A stretch of 61,133 nt of DNA from Gemmatimonadales bacterium (lineage in GTDB: Bacteria > Gemmatimonadota > Gemmatimonadetes > Gemmatimonadales > GWC2-71-9), in assembly GCA_036523455.1 (NCBI GenBank), contig DATDED010000243.1:1-61133 (forward strand). Direction: 5' to 3'. A model generated the notes under the pieces. It was not told where the DNA came from and did not search any database. It saw only the letters and a program-made list of their open reading frames with translations. Shown one piece after another: positions 45,971 through 55,106 of the stretch; positions within the stretch are counted from its first letter, which is position 1; each line of letters begins with the position of its first letter. The translations under genes were made by a program, and so were the position numbers.

Positions 45971-46357
45971 ATGGGCGACATCTGGGTGGCGCTCGATTGG
46001 GTAGCCCGCATCGGCACCGCGATCCTGTTCATCAAGGCGGGGACCAATCACATCCGCAAGCGCAAGGCGATGATCGCCTACGTGCAGTCGAAGCACCTAC
46101 CGCTCGCCTGGCTGGACGTGGTCGGGACCGGCATTTTGATGCTCGCGGGATCGGCGCTGCTGGTGTCGAACTGGCACCCGCATTGGGGAGCCGCCCTGAT
46201 CATCCTCTTTCTCGTACCCACCGCGTTCCTGATGCACAACTACTGGACTGAAACCGACCCGATGGTGCGCAGTGGCCAGGACGCCCATTTCTGGAAGAAC
46301 CTCACCATCGCCTTCGCCCTGCTGCTCTACATCGTTCAGGGACACCTGCACCGCTGA
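45971..46357 (+). CDS. DoxX-family membrane protein
   Basis: The 128-aa product has four hydrophobic helices and a DoxX-like sequence (ILFIKAGTNHI...PTAFLMHNYW). Confidence 0.7.
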   Translation: MGDIWVALDWVARIGTAILFIKAGTNHIRKRKAMIAYVQSKHLPLAWLDVVGTGILMLAGSALLVSNWHPHWGAALIILFLVPTAFLMHNYWTETDPMVRSGQDAHFWKNLTIAFALLLYIVQGHLHR

Positions 46358-46383
46358 ACGCCGGCGGGCGCACCGAGCGCACC

Positions 46384-47160
46384 ATGGACTGCAAGCTGTG
46401 CGGGGAGCGGGATCTGCCGCTGTTCTACACCCAGGGGGACCGGGACCAGTTTCACTTCTACCGGTGCCCGCGCTGCCGCCTGGTCGTGTACGACACGCGC
46501 GCCGGCGTGAATCAGGAGAAGTATGTGATGCAGAAAATCGACCCCACGGCGCGTACGCGGCAGAACCGGGGGCATCGGCAGACCTACGACTTCATCCGGC
46601 GCCACACGCGGCCACCGGGCCGGATGCTCGACCTGGGATGCGGCGATGGCATCGTGCTCCATCTCGCGCGGCGCGACGGGTGGGAGGTCCATGGGGTGGA
46701 GCTCTATCCCGAGCAGGTCGAGCTCGTGCGGCAGACGCTTGGCCTCGACGTGGAGACGTCCGATGTCGACGCCTTCCGGGGCGAACCCGCGAGCTGGGAC
46801 GTCGTCGTGCTGACCCACGTGCTCGAACACCTGCCCGACCCGGTCGCGGCGCTCCGCAAGATCCGCGATCTCCTCACGCCCGACGGGATCGGCGTGCTCG
46901 AGTTTCCCAACATCGACGCCCTGGATGCGCGACTGCGCCGGTTGCTGGCGCGCTGGCGCATCCACCGCAGGCACTATCGTCCCGACTATGCTCCCGGCCA
47001 CGTCCAGGAGTTCTGCCGGCAGTCGTTCGCGTTCGCGGCAGAGCGCGCCGGACTCGCGCTCGAGCACTGGGAGACCTACGCCCTCAATCCCGTGAAGCAC
47101 TTGATCTATCGGCGCGTGCCGCTCGGCAACAAGGCTCGCGTGCTGGTGCGCCGCCGCTAG
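46384..47160 (+). CDS. SAM-dependent methyltransferase with N-terminal CxxC...CxxC zinc ribbon
   Basis: The product has MDCKLCGE...YRCPRCRL, then motif I MLDLGCGDG and LEHLPDP. Confidence 0.7.
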   Translation: MDCKLCGERDLPLFYTQGDRDQFHFYRCPRCRLVVYDTRAGVNQEKYVMQKIDPTARTRQNRGHRQTYDFIRRHTRPPGRMLDLGCGDGIVLHLARRDGWEVHGVELYPEQVELVRQTLGLDVETSDVDAFRGEPASWDVVVLTHVLEHLPDPVAALRKIRDLLTPDGIGVLEFPNIDALDARLRRLLARWRIHRRHYRPDYAPGHVQEFCRQSFAFAAERAGLALEHWETYALNPVKHLIYRRVPLGNKARVLVRRR

Positions 47161-47870
47161 CGCTGCACCAGGACCACCGAGGCGACGCGCAGGCTGGCCG
47201 GCAGGGGCGGCTCGCTCAGCGCTCCGCAATCGCGCCGCTCCCGCGGCGGGTACTCCAGGTGGAAGTTCAGCCCGGGGCGGGTGTCGAACCAGACCATCAG
47301 GACGCAATCGGACTCCGATGCCTGCGGCACGCCGTAGGCGCTCTGCAGTTGGCCGAGGGTCGAGCCGACCCCGAGTCCTTCGGCCGTGCGCGGGCCGGGA
47401 CCCGACAGCTCGACCCGGTTCACGATCGCGTCGGGCGAGGAGTCGCTCGCGAAGCCGGTGACCTTGGCGCCTCCCACCCGCGCCGCCACGGTCGGCACGG
47501 GATAGCCGTCGGAGATCATCACCCACCCGTAGAGCAGTCCCGGACAGCGCCGGGCCAGCTCCGATACGGTCGTCCCCGGGCGAAACGGCCCGACCGAGTC
47601 CGCCGTGATCCGTGGGACGCCACCGCCACACGACGGTACGCCGGCAGCGGGGCCCGAAAGCCTGGTTTGCAGGCGCGCCGTGTCCTTGTCCGCGGGGAAC
47701 GGCGAAGGCGGCGACGGGGGCGGAGGCTGGGGAGGCGGCGGTGCAGGGGCGGCGGATTCAGGGGGGCTCGCCGAAGCCGACTGGCTATGTGTGTCGGGCT
47801 CGCGTCCCCGACATGCCACAGCGCTCAGTGCGAGCGCGCCGAGCAGCAGACCCACTGACCGACAGTCCAT
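47157..47870 (-). CDS. Hypothetical lipoprotein with Pro-rich linker
   Basis: ATG 47870 gives MDCRSVGLLLGALALSAVAC. A PPPPQPPPPSPPSP linker follows. The upstream 103 codons in the ORF track were rejected. Confidence 0.6.
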   Translation of the reverse strand: MDCRSVGLLLGALALSAVACRGREPDTHSQSASASPPESAAPAPPPPQPPPPSPPSPFPADKDTARLQTRLSGPAAGVPSCGGGVPRITADSVGPFRPGTTVSELARRCPGLLYGWVMISDGYPVPTVAARVGGAKVTGFASDSSPDAIVNRVELSGPGPRTAEGLGVGSTLGQLQSAYGVPQASESDCVLMVWFDTRPGLNFHLEYPPRERRDCGALSEPPLPASLRVASVVLVQR

Positions 47871-47952
47871 GACCGAAATATGCACGCCCCGCGACCAATC
47901 CGGTCGGCCCCCACCGCCGTAGATCAGCTGTCCTGACTTCCAGGGGAAACGC

Positions 47953-48300
47953 GTGAATCCGCTCTTGGTCGCCCTGTGGGCCGCACTGCTGGTCGCGATC
48001 CCGCGGGTGGAGGCGCCGCGGTCCGACACCACGATCCTGATCCAGGGCTTCGGCTTCAGGCCGAAGCGGCTCGAGGTCCCGCTTGGGACCCGGGTTCGCT
48101 GGGACAATCGGGACGAGATCGGGCACACCGTGACCGCCACGTCCGACAGCGGAGCGGCGCCGCTCTTCGCCGGTGTCATGGAAGGGAAGGGTCAGTCCTT
48201 CGGTTTCACGTTCGATCGGGCCGGGACGTTCGTTTACACCTGTGCCCGGCACTCATTCATGCGCGGGGAAACCCGCGTCATCGCGAAAGGGGATCAATGA
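47953..48300 (+). CDS. Cupredoxin (plastocyanin/amicyanin-like type-1 copper protein)
   Basis: The product has a signal peptide and type-1 copper ligand spacing: H in EIGHTV, then C-x2-H-x2-M in YTCARHSFM. Confidence 0.75.
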   Translation: MNPLLVALWAALLVAIPRVEAPRSDTTILIQGFGFRPKRLEVPLGTRVRWDNRDEIGHTVTATSDSGAAPLFAGVMEGKGQSFGFTFDRAGTFVYTCARHSFMRGETRVIAKGDQ

Positions 48301-48923
48301 TCATGCAGACGATTCGCACGCGCACGCTCGGTCTCATGGCGGCGCTCGCGCTCGGCGGCACCGCGATCGGGACCGCCCAGGGAACCGCCGCCGACCTGCG
48401 CGTCGGCCTCAACACCCTGTTGGCCGAGCACATCTACCTGGCGAGCAGCGCGACCGGCGCCGCGCTGGGCGGCCGGACGCCGGAGTTCCAGGCGGCCGCC
48501 CGAGCCCTGGACTTGAACTCCGTCGCGCTCTCCCGGGCGATCGGCTCGGTGTACGGCGACGATGCGGGTACGGCGTTCCTCGCCCTGTGGCGCAAGCACA
48601 TCGGCTTCGTGGTGGACTACACGACCGGAGTGGCCATGAAGAACAGGGCGAAGCAGGACAAGGCGGTGTCCGACCTGCTGGGCTACGCGACCGACTTCGG
48701 CGCCTTCCTGAATTCGGCCTGCCCCAGTCTGCCGACCGGTGTGGTGGCGGACCTTGTGCGGGGTCACATCACCAGCCTCAAGGCCGTCATCGACGCCCAG
48801 GCGGCGGGCAACCCTGCGGCCTACGCCGACATTCGCTCCGCGGCCGCGCATATGCGCATGATCGCCGATCCGGTGGCGGCGGCGATCGCCAAGCAGTTCC
48901 CCGAGCGCTTCGCGGCACGCTAG
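48297..48923 (+). CDS. Hypothetical secreted helical protein
   Basis: ATG 48297 forms an ATGA overlap with the cupredoxin stop. The product has a signal peptide (LMAALALGGTAIGTAQG) and an internally repeated helical pattern. Confidence 0.6.
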   Translation: MIMQTIRTRTLGLMAALALGGTAIGTAQGTAADLRVGLNTLLAEHIYLASSATGAALGGRTPEFQAAARALDLNSVALSRAIGSVYGDDAGTAFLALWRKHIGFVVDYTTGVAMKNRAKQDKAVSDLLGYATDFGAFLNSACPSLPTGVVADLVRGHITSLKAVIDAQAAGNPAAYADIRSAAAHMRMIADPVAAAIAKQFPERFAAR

Positions 48924-48944
48924 AGTCTCGTCACCGGCAGGATC

Positions 48945-48975
48945 GAAGCGCCCCGGGATGCCGCCGGGGCGCTTC
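48945..48975. terminator. Hairpin between convergent genes (bidirectional terminator candidate)
   Basis: The arms gaagcgccccgg (48945-48956) and ccggggcgcttc (48964-48975) form a perfect 12-bp stem with a 7-nt loop. The right arm touches the stop codon of the minus-strand gene. Confidence 0.65.
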
Positions 48976-50257
48976 ACCGTTTCCGCTGCAGCAGGGTCAG
49001 GAACCGCGGGTGGTCGCGCAGCCCGTCGAGATCCGAGTCGTGCTCGATCCACTCCCAGTGGCCGAACCCGTTGGCCAGCGAGCGTTCCAGGCAGTCGATC
49101 GCGGAGTCGGCGAGCCCGAGCAGGGCGTACACGCACGCCACGTTGTAGAGGACCGCCGAGTCGTCGGGCTCCATCGCCACCGCGCGCTTCGCCCATTCAC
49201 GTGCCCGGCCGCCGTCGCCCAGCGAGGAAAGGCATCCGGCGCCCAGGTAGAGTGCACGCTCGTCGTCGGGGACCTGCTTGAGCCGCCGCTCGGCGAGCTC
49301 TACGGCGCGGCGTTGCGCCGCATCGGCGTCCGCCGTGCGCTGCAAGCTCACGTAGACGCTCGCCAGCAGCGCCGGTGTGGCGTAGTCCTCGGGGCGCAGG
49401 CGGCCGGCCGACTCGAACCAGCGCACGGACTCCTCCAGGCGCCCGGTCGTATTGCAGTGGCGTGCGTAGTGGTAGTGCGCCTCGAACAGGTTGGGCTTGA
49501 GATCGAGCGCGGCCAGGAATTCCGCCTCCGCGGCGTCGTGCCGGCGGTTGAGCGACAGCGCCAGGCCGCGCGCCAGATGCGTCTCGGCGAGCATCGGCGC
49601 CAGCGCGACCGCCCGCTCGCTCGCTGCATCGGCGATGCGCAGGTTATCCTCGCTCGAGTCCCAGTAGGTGAACAGGAGCGCGTGCGATTCGGCGAGGCCC
49701 GCGTGCGCCAGTGCGAACGCCGGGTCGGCCTGGGCGGCGTCGCCGTAGAGCTGGACGGCCAGGTCCTGACTCGATCGCCGGATCTGCCCGGAGAGGTGAC
49801 GGGCGCGCAGGTAGGGGTCGAGGGCGCGCGGCTCCCGCGTCGGGACGTACTCCAGTGCCTGCCGCTCCTGCGGCGTCGGTGCTGCGCCGAGCGTCGTGAG
49901 GATCCGGTCGCCGAGCCCGCGCAGCACGGGGAACAGGTCGTCGAGCTTCTCGTCTACCTGGACCGACCAGTAAGTCGCGCCGTCCGCGGCGGCGTGGAGG
50001 CTGGCGCTGAGGCGCAGCTGTCCACCCAGGCGGGTGACGCTGCCCTCGAGCACCGCGGCCACGTCGAGTGCGCGCCCGAGGTCCGCCCGGGCGACCTGGC
50101 CGTGACGGACCGCGGACGCCCCGCGTGACGCCACGCGCAGCGCCCGGACGCCAACCAGCGCGCTGTGCAGGCACTCCGTGAGACCGTCCGCGAAGTAGTC
50201 CTTGTCGGGGTCCCCGCTCGCGTTGGCGAGCGGGAGGATCGCGAGGGACGTGCTCAC
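48974..50257 (-). CDS. TPR-repeat protein with TolB-like N-terminal domain
   Basis: GTG 50257 forms a GTGA overlap with the upstream stop and gives MSTSLAILPLANASGDPDKDYFADGLTE.... The C-terminal half has repeated TPR-like units. Confidence 0.7.
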   Translation of the reverse strand: MSTSLAILPLANASGDPDKDYFADGLTECLHSALVGVRALRVASRGASAVRHGQVARADLGRALDVAAVLEGSVTRLGGQLRLSASLHAAADGATYWSVQVDEKLDDLFPVLRGLGDRILTTLGAAPTPQERQALEYVPTREPRALDPYLRARHLSGQIRRSSQDLAVQLYGDAAQADPAFALAHAGLAESHALLFTYWDSSEDNLRIADAASERAVALAPMLAETHLARGLALSLNRRHDAAEAEFLAALDLKPNLFEAHYHYARHCNTTGRLEESVRWFESAGRLRPEDYATPALLASVYVSLQRTADADAAQRRAVELAERRLKQVPDDERALYLGAGCLSSLGDGGRAREWAKRAVAMEPDDSAVLYNVACVYALLGLADSAIDCLERSLANGFGHWEWIEHDSDLDGLRDHPRFLTLLQRKR

Positions 50258-51222
50258 TCCGACCGTTTCTTCCCGGGTCCGGTACGCCGCCGGCGCGAGG
50301 GGCGCGAGTCGGCGGCGCGGGCGATGAGATCCTCGATCGCGCCGGTCGGATCGAACTCCGTGAAACCGAGGTTCAACTTCAGCTGGTAACGGCGGATCGT
50401 GCGGTTGTTCCACTCCTCGACGTTGTGCTGCACGCGGCTCGCGATGATGGACGCCTTGTCGGCGTTCGCGTCCACCGCCATCACCGCGAACGTGCCCCCT
50501 TCGATCCTGGCCAGCAGGTCCGAGTCGCGGAAGCTCCGCTTGAGTATTTCGGCCACCGCGCGCAGCACCGTATCGCCCTCGTCGTAGCTGGCGATGGTGT
50601 TGATCTGCTTCAGTCCCGAGATGTCCGCCGACACGATCAGGAACTGGCCCTTCTGGCGCTGGGCGCGCTTGATGTAGGGGTCTCCCAGCATCACGAATCC
50701 CCGGCGGTTGTAGAGGCCGGTCAGGCCGTCGATGAACGACAGGCTGCGCAGCGCCGCCTGCAGATTCGAGATGTGCACCGCCGCGCGGATCGCGCGCGTC
50801 AGGAGCTCCCCAGTGATCCTCCCCTTCTGCAGGAAATCCTGCGCTCCGGCCTGGATCGCCTGGACGGCCAGGTCGTCCTCGCCGCGGGCGGTGAGTGCGA
50901 TGACCGGGACGTCCTCGTGCCGTTCCCGGATGCGCACCAGGGCGTCGAGCCCCTGGGCCTCGGGGAGCGACAGATCGAGCAGCACGACGTCGAATTCCTG
51001 TTCGCTGAGCAGCTCGAGGCCTTCGGCCAGGCCCGGAACGTGGGTCAGATCGTAGGGCACCAGACCGGAGACGGCGGGAACGACTTCGCCGAGCGCCTCC
51101 CGGAGCAGCTGCGCATGCCGGGGATTGTCCTCGATCAGCAGGATGCGGCTCGCTTCGGTGCCGATGTCCGCCTGCGCCTGACGGGCGAGACGACCTGATG
51201 GGCGGGACAGATGCACCTCCAC
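50254..51222 (-). CDS. Response regulator with degenerate GGDEF domain
   Basis: The receiver has ILLIEDNP, VLLDLSLPE and LTARG. The GGDEF-like domain has DGLTGLYNRRGF, but its signature reads EGGTF. RDSD (RxxD) lies 5 residues upstream of that signature. The start is GTG 51222 (or 51216). Confidence 0.75.
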   Translation of the reverse strand: MEVHLSRPSGRLARQAQADIGTEASRILLIEDNPRHAQLLREALGEVVPAVSGLVPYDLTHVPGLAEGLELLSEQEFDVVLLDLSLPEAQGLDALVRIRERHEDVPVIALTARGEDDLAVQAIQAGAQDFLQKGRITGELLTRAIRAAVHISNLQAALRSLSFIDGLTGLYNRRGFVMLGDPYIKRAQRQKGQFLIVSADISGLKQINTIASYDEGDTVLRAVAEILKRSFRDSDLLARIEGGTFAVMAVDANADKASIIASRVQHNVEEWNNRTIRRYQLKLNLGFTEFDPTGAIEDLIARAADSRPSRRRRTGPGKKRSE

Positions 51223-51264
51223 GGAATAAGAACCAGTTCCCCGATCCGCGGGTAATTTGGCGGT

Positions 51265-52326
51265 ATGACCGCCCCGCGCCAGTCGTCTCGCCCGCTGCGG
51301 ATCCTGATCCTCGGCTGCGGGGTGCTCGCCGGGTGTGACCACTCCCCGCTCTTCGTGACGGCCTCCCCCGATTCCCTTGGCCCCCGCACGACGACCCTGC
51401 CGCGCCGCCTGACCTACTCGACCGGTGACGACCGCCATCCCACCGTCGTCGGTAGCGTCCTGGCGTACAGCCGGCTCGACCCCGATGAACGGGGCAACGA
51501 GCGCTGTCTGGCGCTGCTCCCGGCCGACGGCGGCACGATCCTCCGCGAGTTCTGTCCGGGAGCTCCCCGCTCGCCGGCCGATACCTTCGTGGACACCTGG
51601 ACCGAGCCGGCCCTCTCGCCGGACGCGCGCCGGATCGCCTACCTGTGGCAGCAGGGCTCGCTGGTGAGTGTCCTCGGGTTCTGGAGCGCCAGCATCGTCG
51701 TGTCCTCCACCGACCGGGCGGGGGATCACTCCGGTTTCGTGTGGCCGGTCCATTACGTCGCCCCCAGCGGGCGGATCGGCGATGCCGTCAGCGCGATCAC
51801 CTGGGCCGACGACCACACGCTGCGGTTCCTGATGGGCTACGAGTTCATCTTCAAGGTCAAGGGCGGCGGCGTCGTGCGCTATACCGATACCACGTTTCAG
51901 TCCTACGGGCTCGCTCAGCTCGACGTCACGACCGGCGTCTTCGCCTTCCCGCCGAGCGGGGACAGCGTGTACGCGTATGCGGTGGCACCGGACGGCGGCC
52001 TGTGGCTCGTCCGGAACCAGGACTCCACCCGGCTGCTGCACCTCGCTCCGGGGCTGGACAGCGCGACGACGGTCGGCGTCTACTCGGGCCCGGTCCTGGG
52101 GCTGGCGACCATCGGCGGAGTCCCGGCTGCGATCGTGGGGGATAGCGCCATCGAATGGTTCGAGCCGGGTGATTCGGTGCCGCGCAGGATGCCGGTAGGC
52201 TCGGGACTGGGCCCGGTACGGCGCATCGCGGCCGTGCCCGGCACGCGCCGCTTCGTGATCGAAATCGAACGGGGATGGGACCTGTTCGGCGATCCGGCGA
52301 ACCTCTGGCTGTACGAGCTGCCCTAG
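51265..52326 (+). CDS. Hypothetical lipoprotein, beta-propeller-like
   Basis: The product has the lipobox ILILGCGVLAGC and TolB-like strand motifs (LSPDARRIAY). Confidence 0.55.
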   Translation: MTAPRQSSRPLRILILGCGVLAGCDHSPLFVTASPDSLGPRTTTLPRRLTYSTGDDRHPTVVGSVLAYSRLDPDERGNERCLALLPADGGTILREFCPGAPRSPADTFVDTWTEPALSPDARRIAYLWQQGSLVSVLGFWSASIVVSSTDRAGDHSGFVWPVHYVAPSGRIGDAVSAITWADDHTLRFLMGYEFIFKVKGGGVVRYTDTTFQSYGLAQLDVTTGVFAFPPSGDSVYAYAVAPDGGLWLVRNQDSTRLLHLAPGLDSATTVGVYSGPVLGLATIGGVPAAIVGDSAIEWFEPGDSVPRRMPVGSGLGPVRRIAAVPGTRRFVIEIERGWDLFGDPANLWLYELP

Positions 52327-52856
52327 TGCTCCGGCCGGTCGAGTGACGAAGCGTGCGCGTCACGGCCCAGGGCGCCGGTCACGGGGTCGAAGAAGTGCTC
52401 CGTCGCCACCAGGGCGACGAGGGCCATGATCTGCTCCTCGGGAAGATGACAGCGGGCCCGCTCCAGGATCTCGGGCACGAACCCTCCGTCCGCCGCCGCG
52501 AAGCCCGTGAGGGCATCCGCCAGCGCGAGCGCCGCGCGTTCCCGCTGCGAGAACAGGGACGACCGCGAATAGTCCGTCACGGCGTCCAGGGTCGCGGTGG
52601 GAACTCCGCCACGGAGGCCGACATGACGACTGCAATGCACGCAGTAGTCGCATTCGCTGCGCTCGGCGGCGAGCTGGGTCACGAGTAGCCGCAGCCGCGG
52701 TTCGAGCGCGCCGGGGGAGGACCGTCCCCAGCGCACGCGGGCGTACGCGGCGATCCCGCGGGGTCCCGGGAGCGGCTGGGGATCCCGGCGCGGCGCGGCG
52801 CCGAGCCACCCCATCACACGGTCCGGGAAGGGCAGGATGTGGTCGCGCGGGCTCAT
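52323..52856 (-). CDS. Carboxymuconolactone decarboxylase / AhpD-like family protein
   Basis: The product has the AhpD-type segment ERSECDYCVHCSRH (CxxC then His). ATG 52856 forms an ATGA overlap with the chrB-like stop. Confidence 0.65.
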   Translation of the reverse strand: MSPRDHILPFPDRVMGWLGAAPRRDPQPLPGPRGIAAYARVRWGRSSPGALEPRLRLLVTQLAAERSECDYCVHCSRHVGLRGGVPTATLDAVTDYSRSSLFSQRERAALALADALTGFAAADGGFVPEILERARCHLPEEQIMALVALVATEHFFDPVTGALGRDAHASSLDRPEH

Positions 52857-53770
52857 GGCCGCCCCTTGCGCAGCTGCTCGTACAGCTCGTCGAACAACGC
52901 CGCGCCACGCGCGAGGCGATCCACGTCGGCTGCATTGGCCCGGGCGATGCCGTCCAGCACGAGCTGCAAACCCGGTGTCTCGTCCCGCCCGAACTTGTCG
53001 TCCTTGCAGTCGATGTCGTGCACCATCTCACTGATCGCCTTGAGCGCCGGGTCGCGCAGGGCGAAGTGTCGACACAGTGTCTCGAAGGTGCAAAGATCGC
53101 CGTCATGCGTGAACTCCCCCTCGAACATGTCGAACCGGATCTCCCCGGGCTGGGGGTGATACTGCCTGGGAGCGACGAAGCGGAACTGCGCTTCGGGATC
53201 GACGAAGCGTCGGATCAGCCACGCGCTAGCGATCCGGTCTACGTAGAGTCCGGCGCGCGTGACCCAGACGCGGGCCTTCGGCCTGTCGGTGAGGGTGGAA
53301 GTCATCGGGGCTCCGGGTTGGGAGGTGCGGGTCGCCAGGGCCTCGAGCGCCGCCTCGGCGTCGGCACGCCCCTCGGCCGCAAATCGGTCCAGCGCATGGA
53401 CTTCGTGGAGGCGGCGGGTGAGGCGGTCCAGGTCCGCCGTACTGCCGCGGCTGGCTGCCACGATGGCCTCGTAGCCGTCGGTGCACGCGGCTCGAATCGC
53501 CTGTACCAGCCGCCGGTCGGTATCCGCGTCGAGAAACGTGGACTCGCACAGCGCCGCCTCCCCGCCGTCGGTCGCGATCTCGCGCGCCAACCATTCGAAA
53601 TCCTCGCGTGCCTCATCGCCCGCCGGCAGCGCATACACGGTGCGTTTGAGTGGCACGGCGCCGAGACGCTGGAGGCGGCGACGGACTTTTACGCGAAGGT
53701 AGTCCGGCTTGAGCGGGAGTTGGTGAATGAGCAGCAGCCAACGCTGTGTTGATTCTAGTGTATCTGACAT
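52853..53770 (-). CDS. ChrB-domain (chromate-resistance-associated) protein
   Basis: The N-terminus WLLLIHQLPLKPDYLRVKVRRRLQRLGAVPLKRTVYALP is characteristic of ChrB. The product is 305 aa. Confidence 0.7.
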   Translation of the reverse strand: MSDTLESTQRWLLLIHQLPLKPDYLRVKVRRRLQRLGAVPLKRTVYALPAGDEAREDFEWLAREIATDGGEAALCESTFLDADTDRRLVQAIRAACTDGYEAIVAASRGSTADLDRLTRRLHEVHALDRFAAEGRADAEAALEALATRTSQPGAPMTSTLTDRPKARVWVTRAGLYVDRIASAWLIRRFVDPEAQFRFVAPRQYHPQPGEIRFDMFEGEFTHDGDLCTFETLCRHFALRDPALKAISEMVHDIDCKDDKFGRDETPGLQLVLDGIARANAADVDRLARGAALFDELYEQLRKGRP

Positions 53771-53771
53771 G

Positions 53772-53787
53772 TGATACTATTGTATCA
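53772..53787. promoter_or_regulatory. Inverted repeat TGATAC-TATT-GTATCA in the A/T-rich divergent promoter region
   Basis: I read it directly from the sequence. GTATCTGAC also occurs twice (about 53760 and 53832). The region lies between the chrB-like start (53770) and the next plus-strand gene (53888). Confidence 0.3.
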
Positions 53788-53887
53788 AACATGCCAGCAA
53801 GCGCAAGGGCTTGCCGCTTGCCTATACACAGGGTATCTGACCCGGGTGGGTTTTTCGCCCCTCCCCAACGTCTCAGGAGTCTGCCCG

Positions 53888-54532
53888 ATGCGCCGTACGC
53901 TGCTCGTCGCTTGCCTAGGACTCATTGCTGTCCCGCTTGCCGCCCAGGAGTTCAATCAGTTCTGCCGAGGAAACCCGAGGCTCAGGGTCGGGCAATGGTC
54001 GAGCTACCGCTACGTGGGGGGGCCCGCCGACGGCTCGACTATGCGGATGGCCATCGTCGGGTCGGAGCGCCAGGGCGACTCCACTTTCCTCTGGTACGAG
54101 ATGAACATCGTCGATCCCAAGCACGCCGATCGCGGACCCACCATTACCCAGATCCTCGTCAGTGGCCTGGGCACGCCGGATCTCTCGATCCACGGCATGG
54201 TGATGAAATCAGGGAAGAGCAAGGCGATGCGCTATCCCGACATGATGGTCGGGATGATGTCGGGCGCCGTCAAAAAGGGCGTGGGGAGCCTGGTCGAGCA
54301 GAAGTGCAAGAAAGGCGCGGTCCAGGAAATCGGTTGGGAGAGCGTGACCGTGCCGGGAGGGACATTCCGCGCATTGCACTTCAGGGACGGCGACGACGAG
54401 GCCTGGCTGAGTTCCGAGCTCGGGTTTACCCTCGTCCGGTACGTCTCGAAGAAGAATGGCACGATGGAGCTCACCGGCCACGGTACCGACGCGAAGTCAT
54501 CGATCACCGAAACGCCGCAGACGATGGACTGA
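53888..54532 (+). CDS. Hypothetical secreted protein (Met/Lys-rich for this genome)
   Basis: AGGAG lies 8 nt upstream of ATG 53888. The signal peptide is MRRTLLVACLGLIAVPLAAQ. The earlier ORF-track start falls in the promoter region. Confidence 0.6.
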   Translation: MRRTLLVACLGLIAVPLAAQEFNQFCRGNPRLRVGQWSSYRYVGGPADGSTMRMAIVGSERQGDSTFLWYEMNIVDPKHADRGPTITQILVSGLGTPDLSIHGMVMKSGKSKAMRYPDMMVGMMSGAVKKGVGSLVEQKCKKGAVQEIGWESVTVPGGTFRALHFRDGDDEAWLSSELGFTLVRYVSKKNGTMELTGHGTDAKSSITETPQTMD

Positions 54533-55104
54533 TGGACCGGCGCACGGCGTTGCGCCTGCTGAGTGCCGGGGCGGCCGTCACGGTCGGCACCGACTTTGAG
54601 GCGTGGGGACGCGCACTGCACCGGGGCCTGGGCCGTGGCGCGCCCCTCCGGGTGCTCGATCCGCACCAGAACGCGACCGTCGTCGCCCTGTGCAACACCA
54701 TCCTCCCGGCCACTGATACTCCCGGCGCTGTCGCGGCGCAGGTGAACGAGTTCATCGATCTGCTGCTCGCCGACTGGTACGATGCGGCGGATCGGGACCG
54801 CTTTCTCGCCGGCCTCGGCGGTCTCGACGGGCGGGCCCGGGCGGCGTTCGGCAAGGACCTCGTGGACGGCACCGCGGCGGACCGGACCAACCTCCTGACG
54901 GCCCTCGACGACGAGGCCGCGCGGTGGAACGCGAGCCCGGAAACGACGCGCGGTCCGCAGCCGTTTTACCGCCAGATCAAGTGGCTCACCCTGTTCGGCT
55001 ACTACACGTCCGAGATCGGCGGCGAACAGGAGCAGCACTACCAGATCGTCCCCGGCCGCTACGTCCCCTGCGCGCCGGCCGATACCACCATCGGTCCGGA
55101 GTGA
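54532..55104 (+). CDS. Gluconate 2-dehydrogenase subunit-3-family small subunit (Tat signal)
   Basis: ATG 54532 gives MDRRTALRLLSAGAAV. The product is 190 aa and lies immediately upstream of a GMC oxidoreductase. Confidence 0.7.
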   Translation: MDRRTALRLLSAGAAVTVGTDFEAWGRALHRGLGRGAPLRVLDPHQNATVVALCNTILPATDTPGAVAAQVNEFIDLLLADWYDAADRDRFLAGLGGLDGRARAAFGKDLVDGTAADRTNLLTALDDEAARWNASPETTRGPQPFYRQIKWLTLFGYYTSEIGGEQEQHYQIVPGRYVPCAPADTTIGPE

Positions 55105-55106
55105 AG

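Noticed and set aside
47690-47760. GC-rich low-complexity tract (ggcggaggctggggaggcggcgg...)
   Set aside because: It encodes the PPPPQPPPPSPPSP linker of the lipoprotein on the minus strand. This is an ordinary Pro-rich linker, not an independent repeat element.
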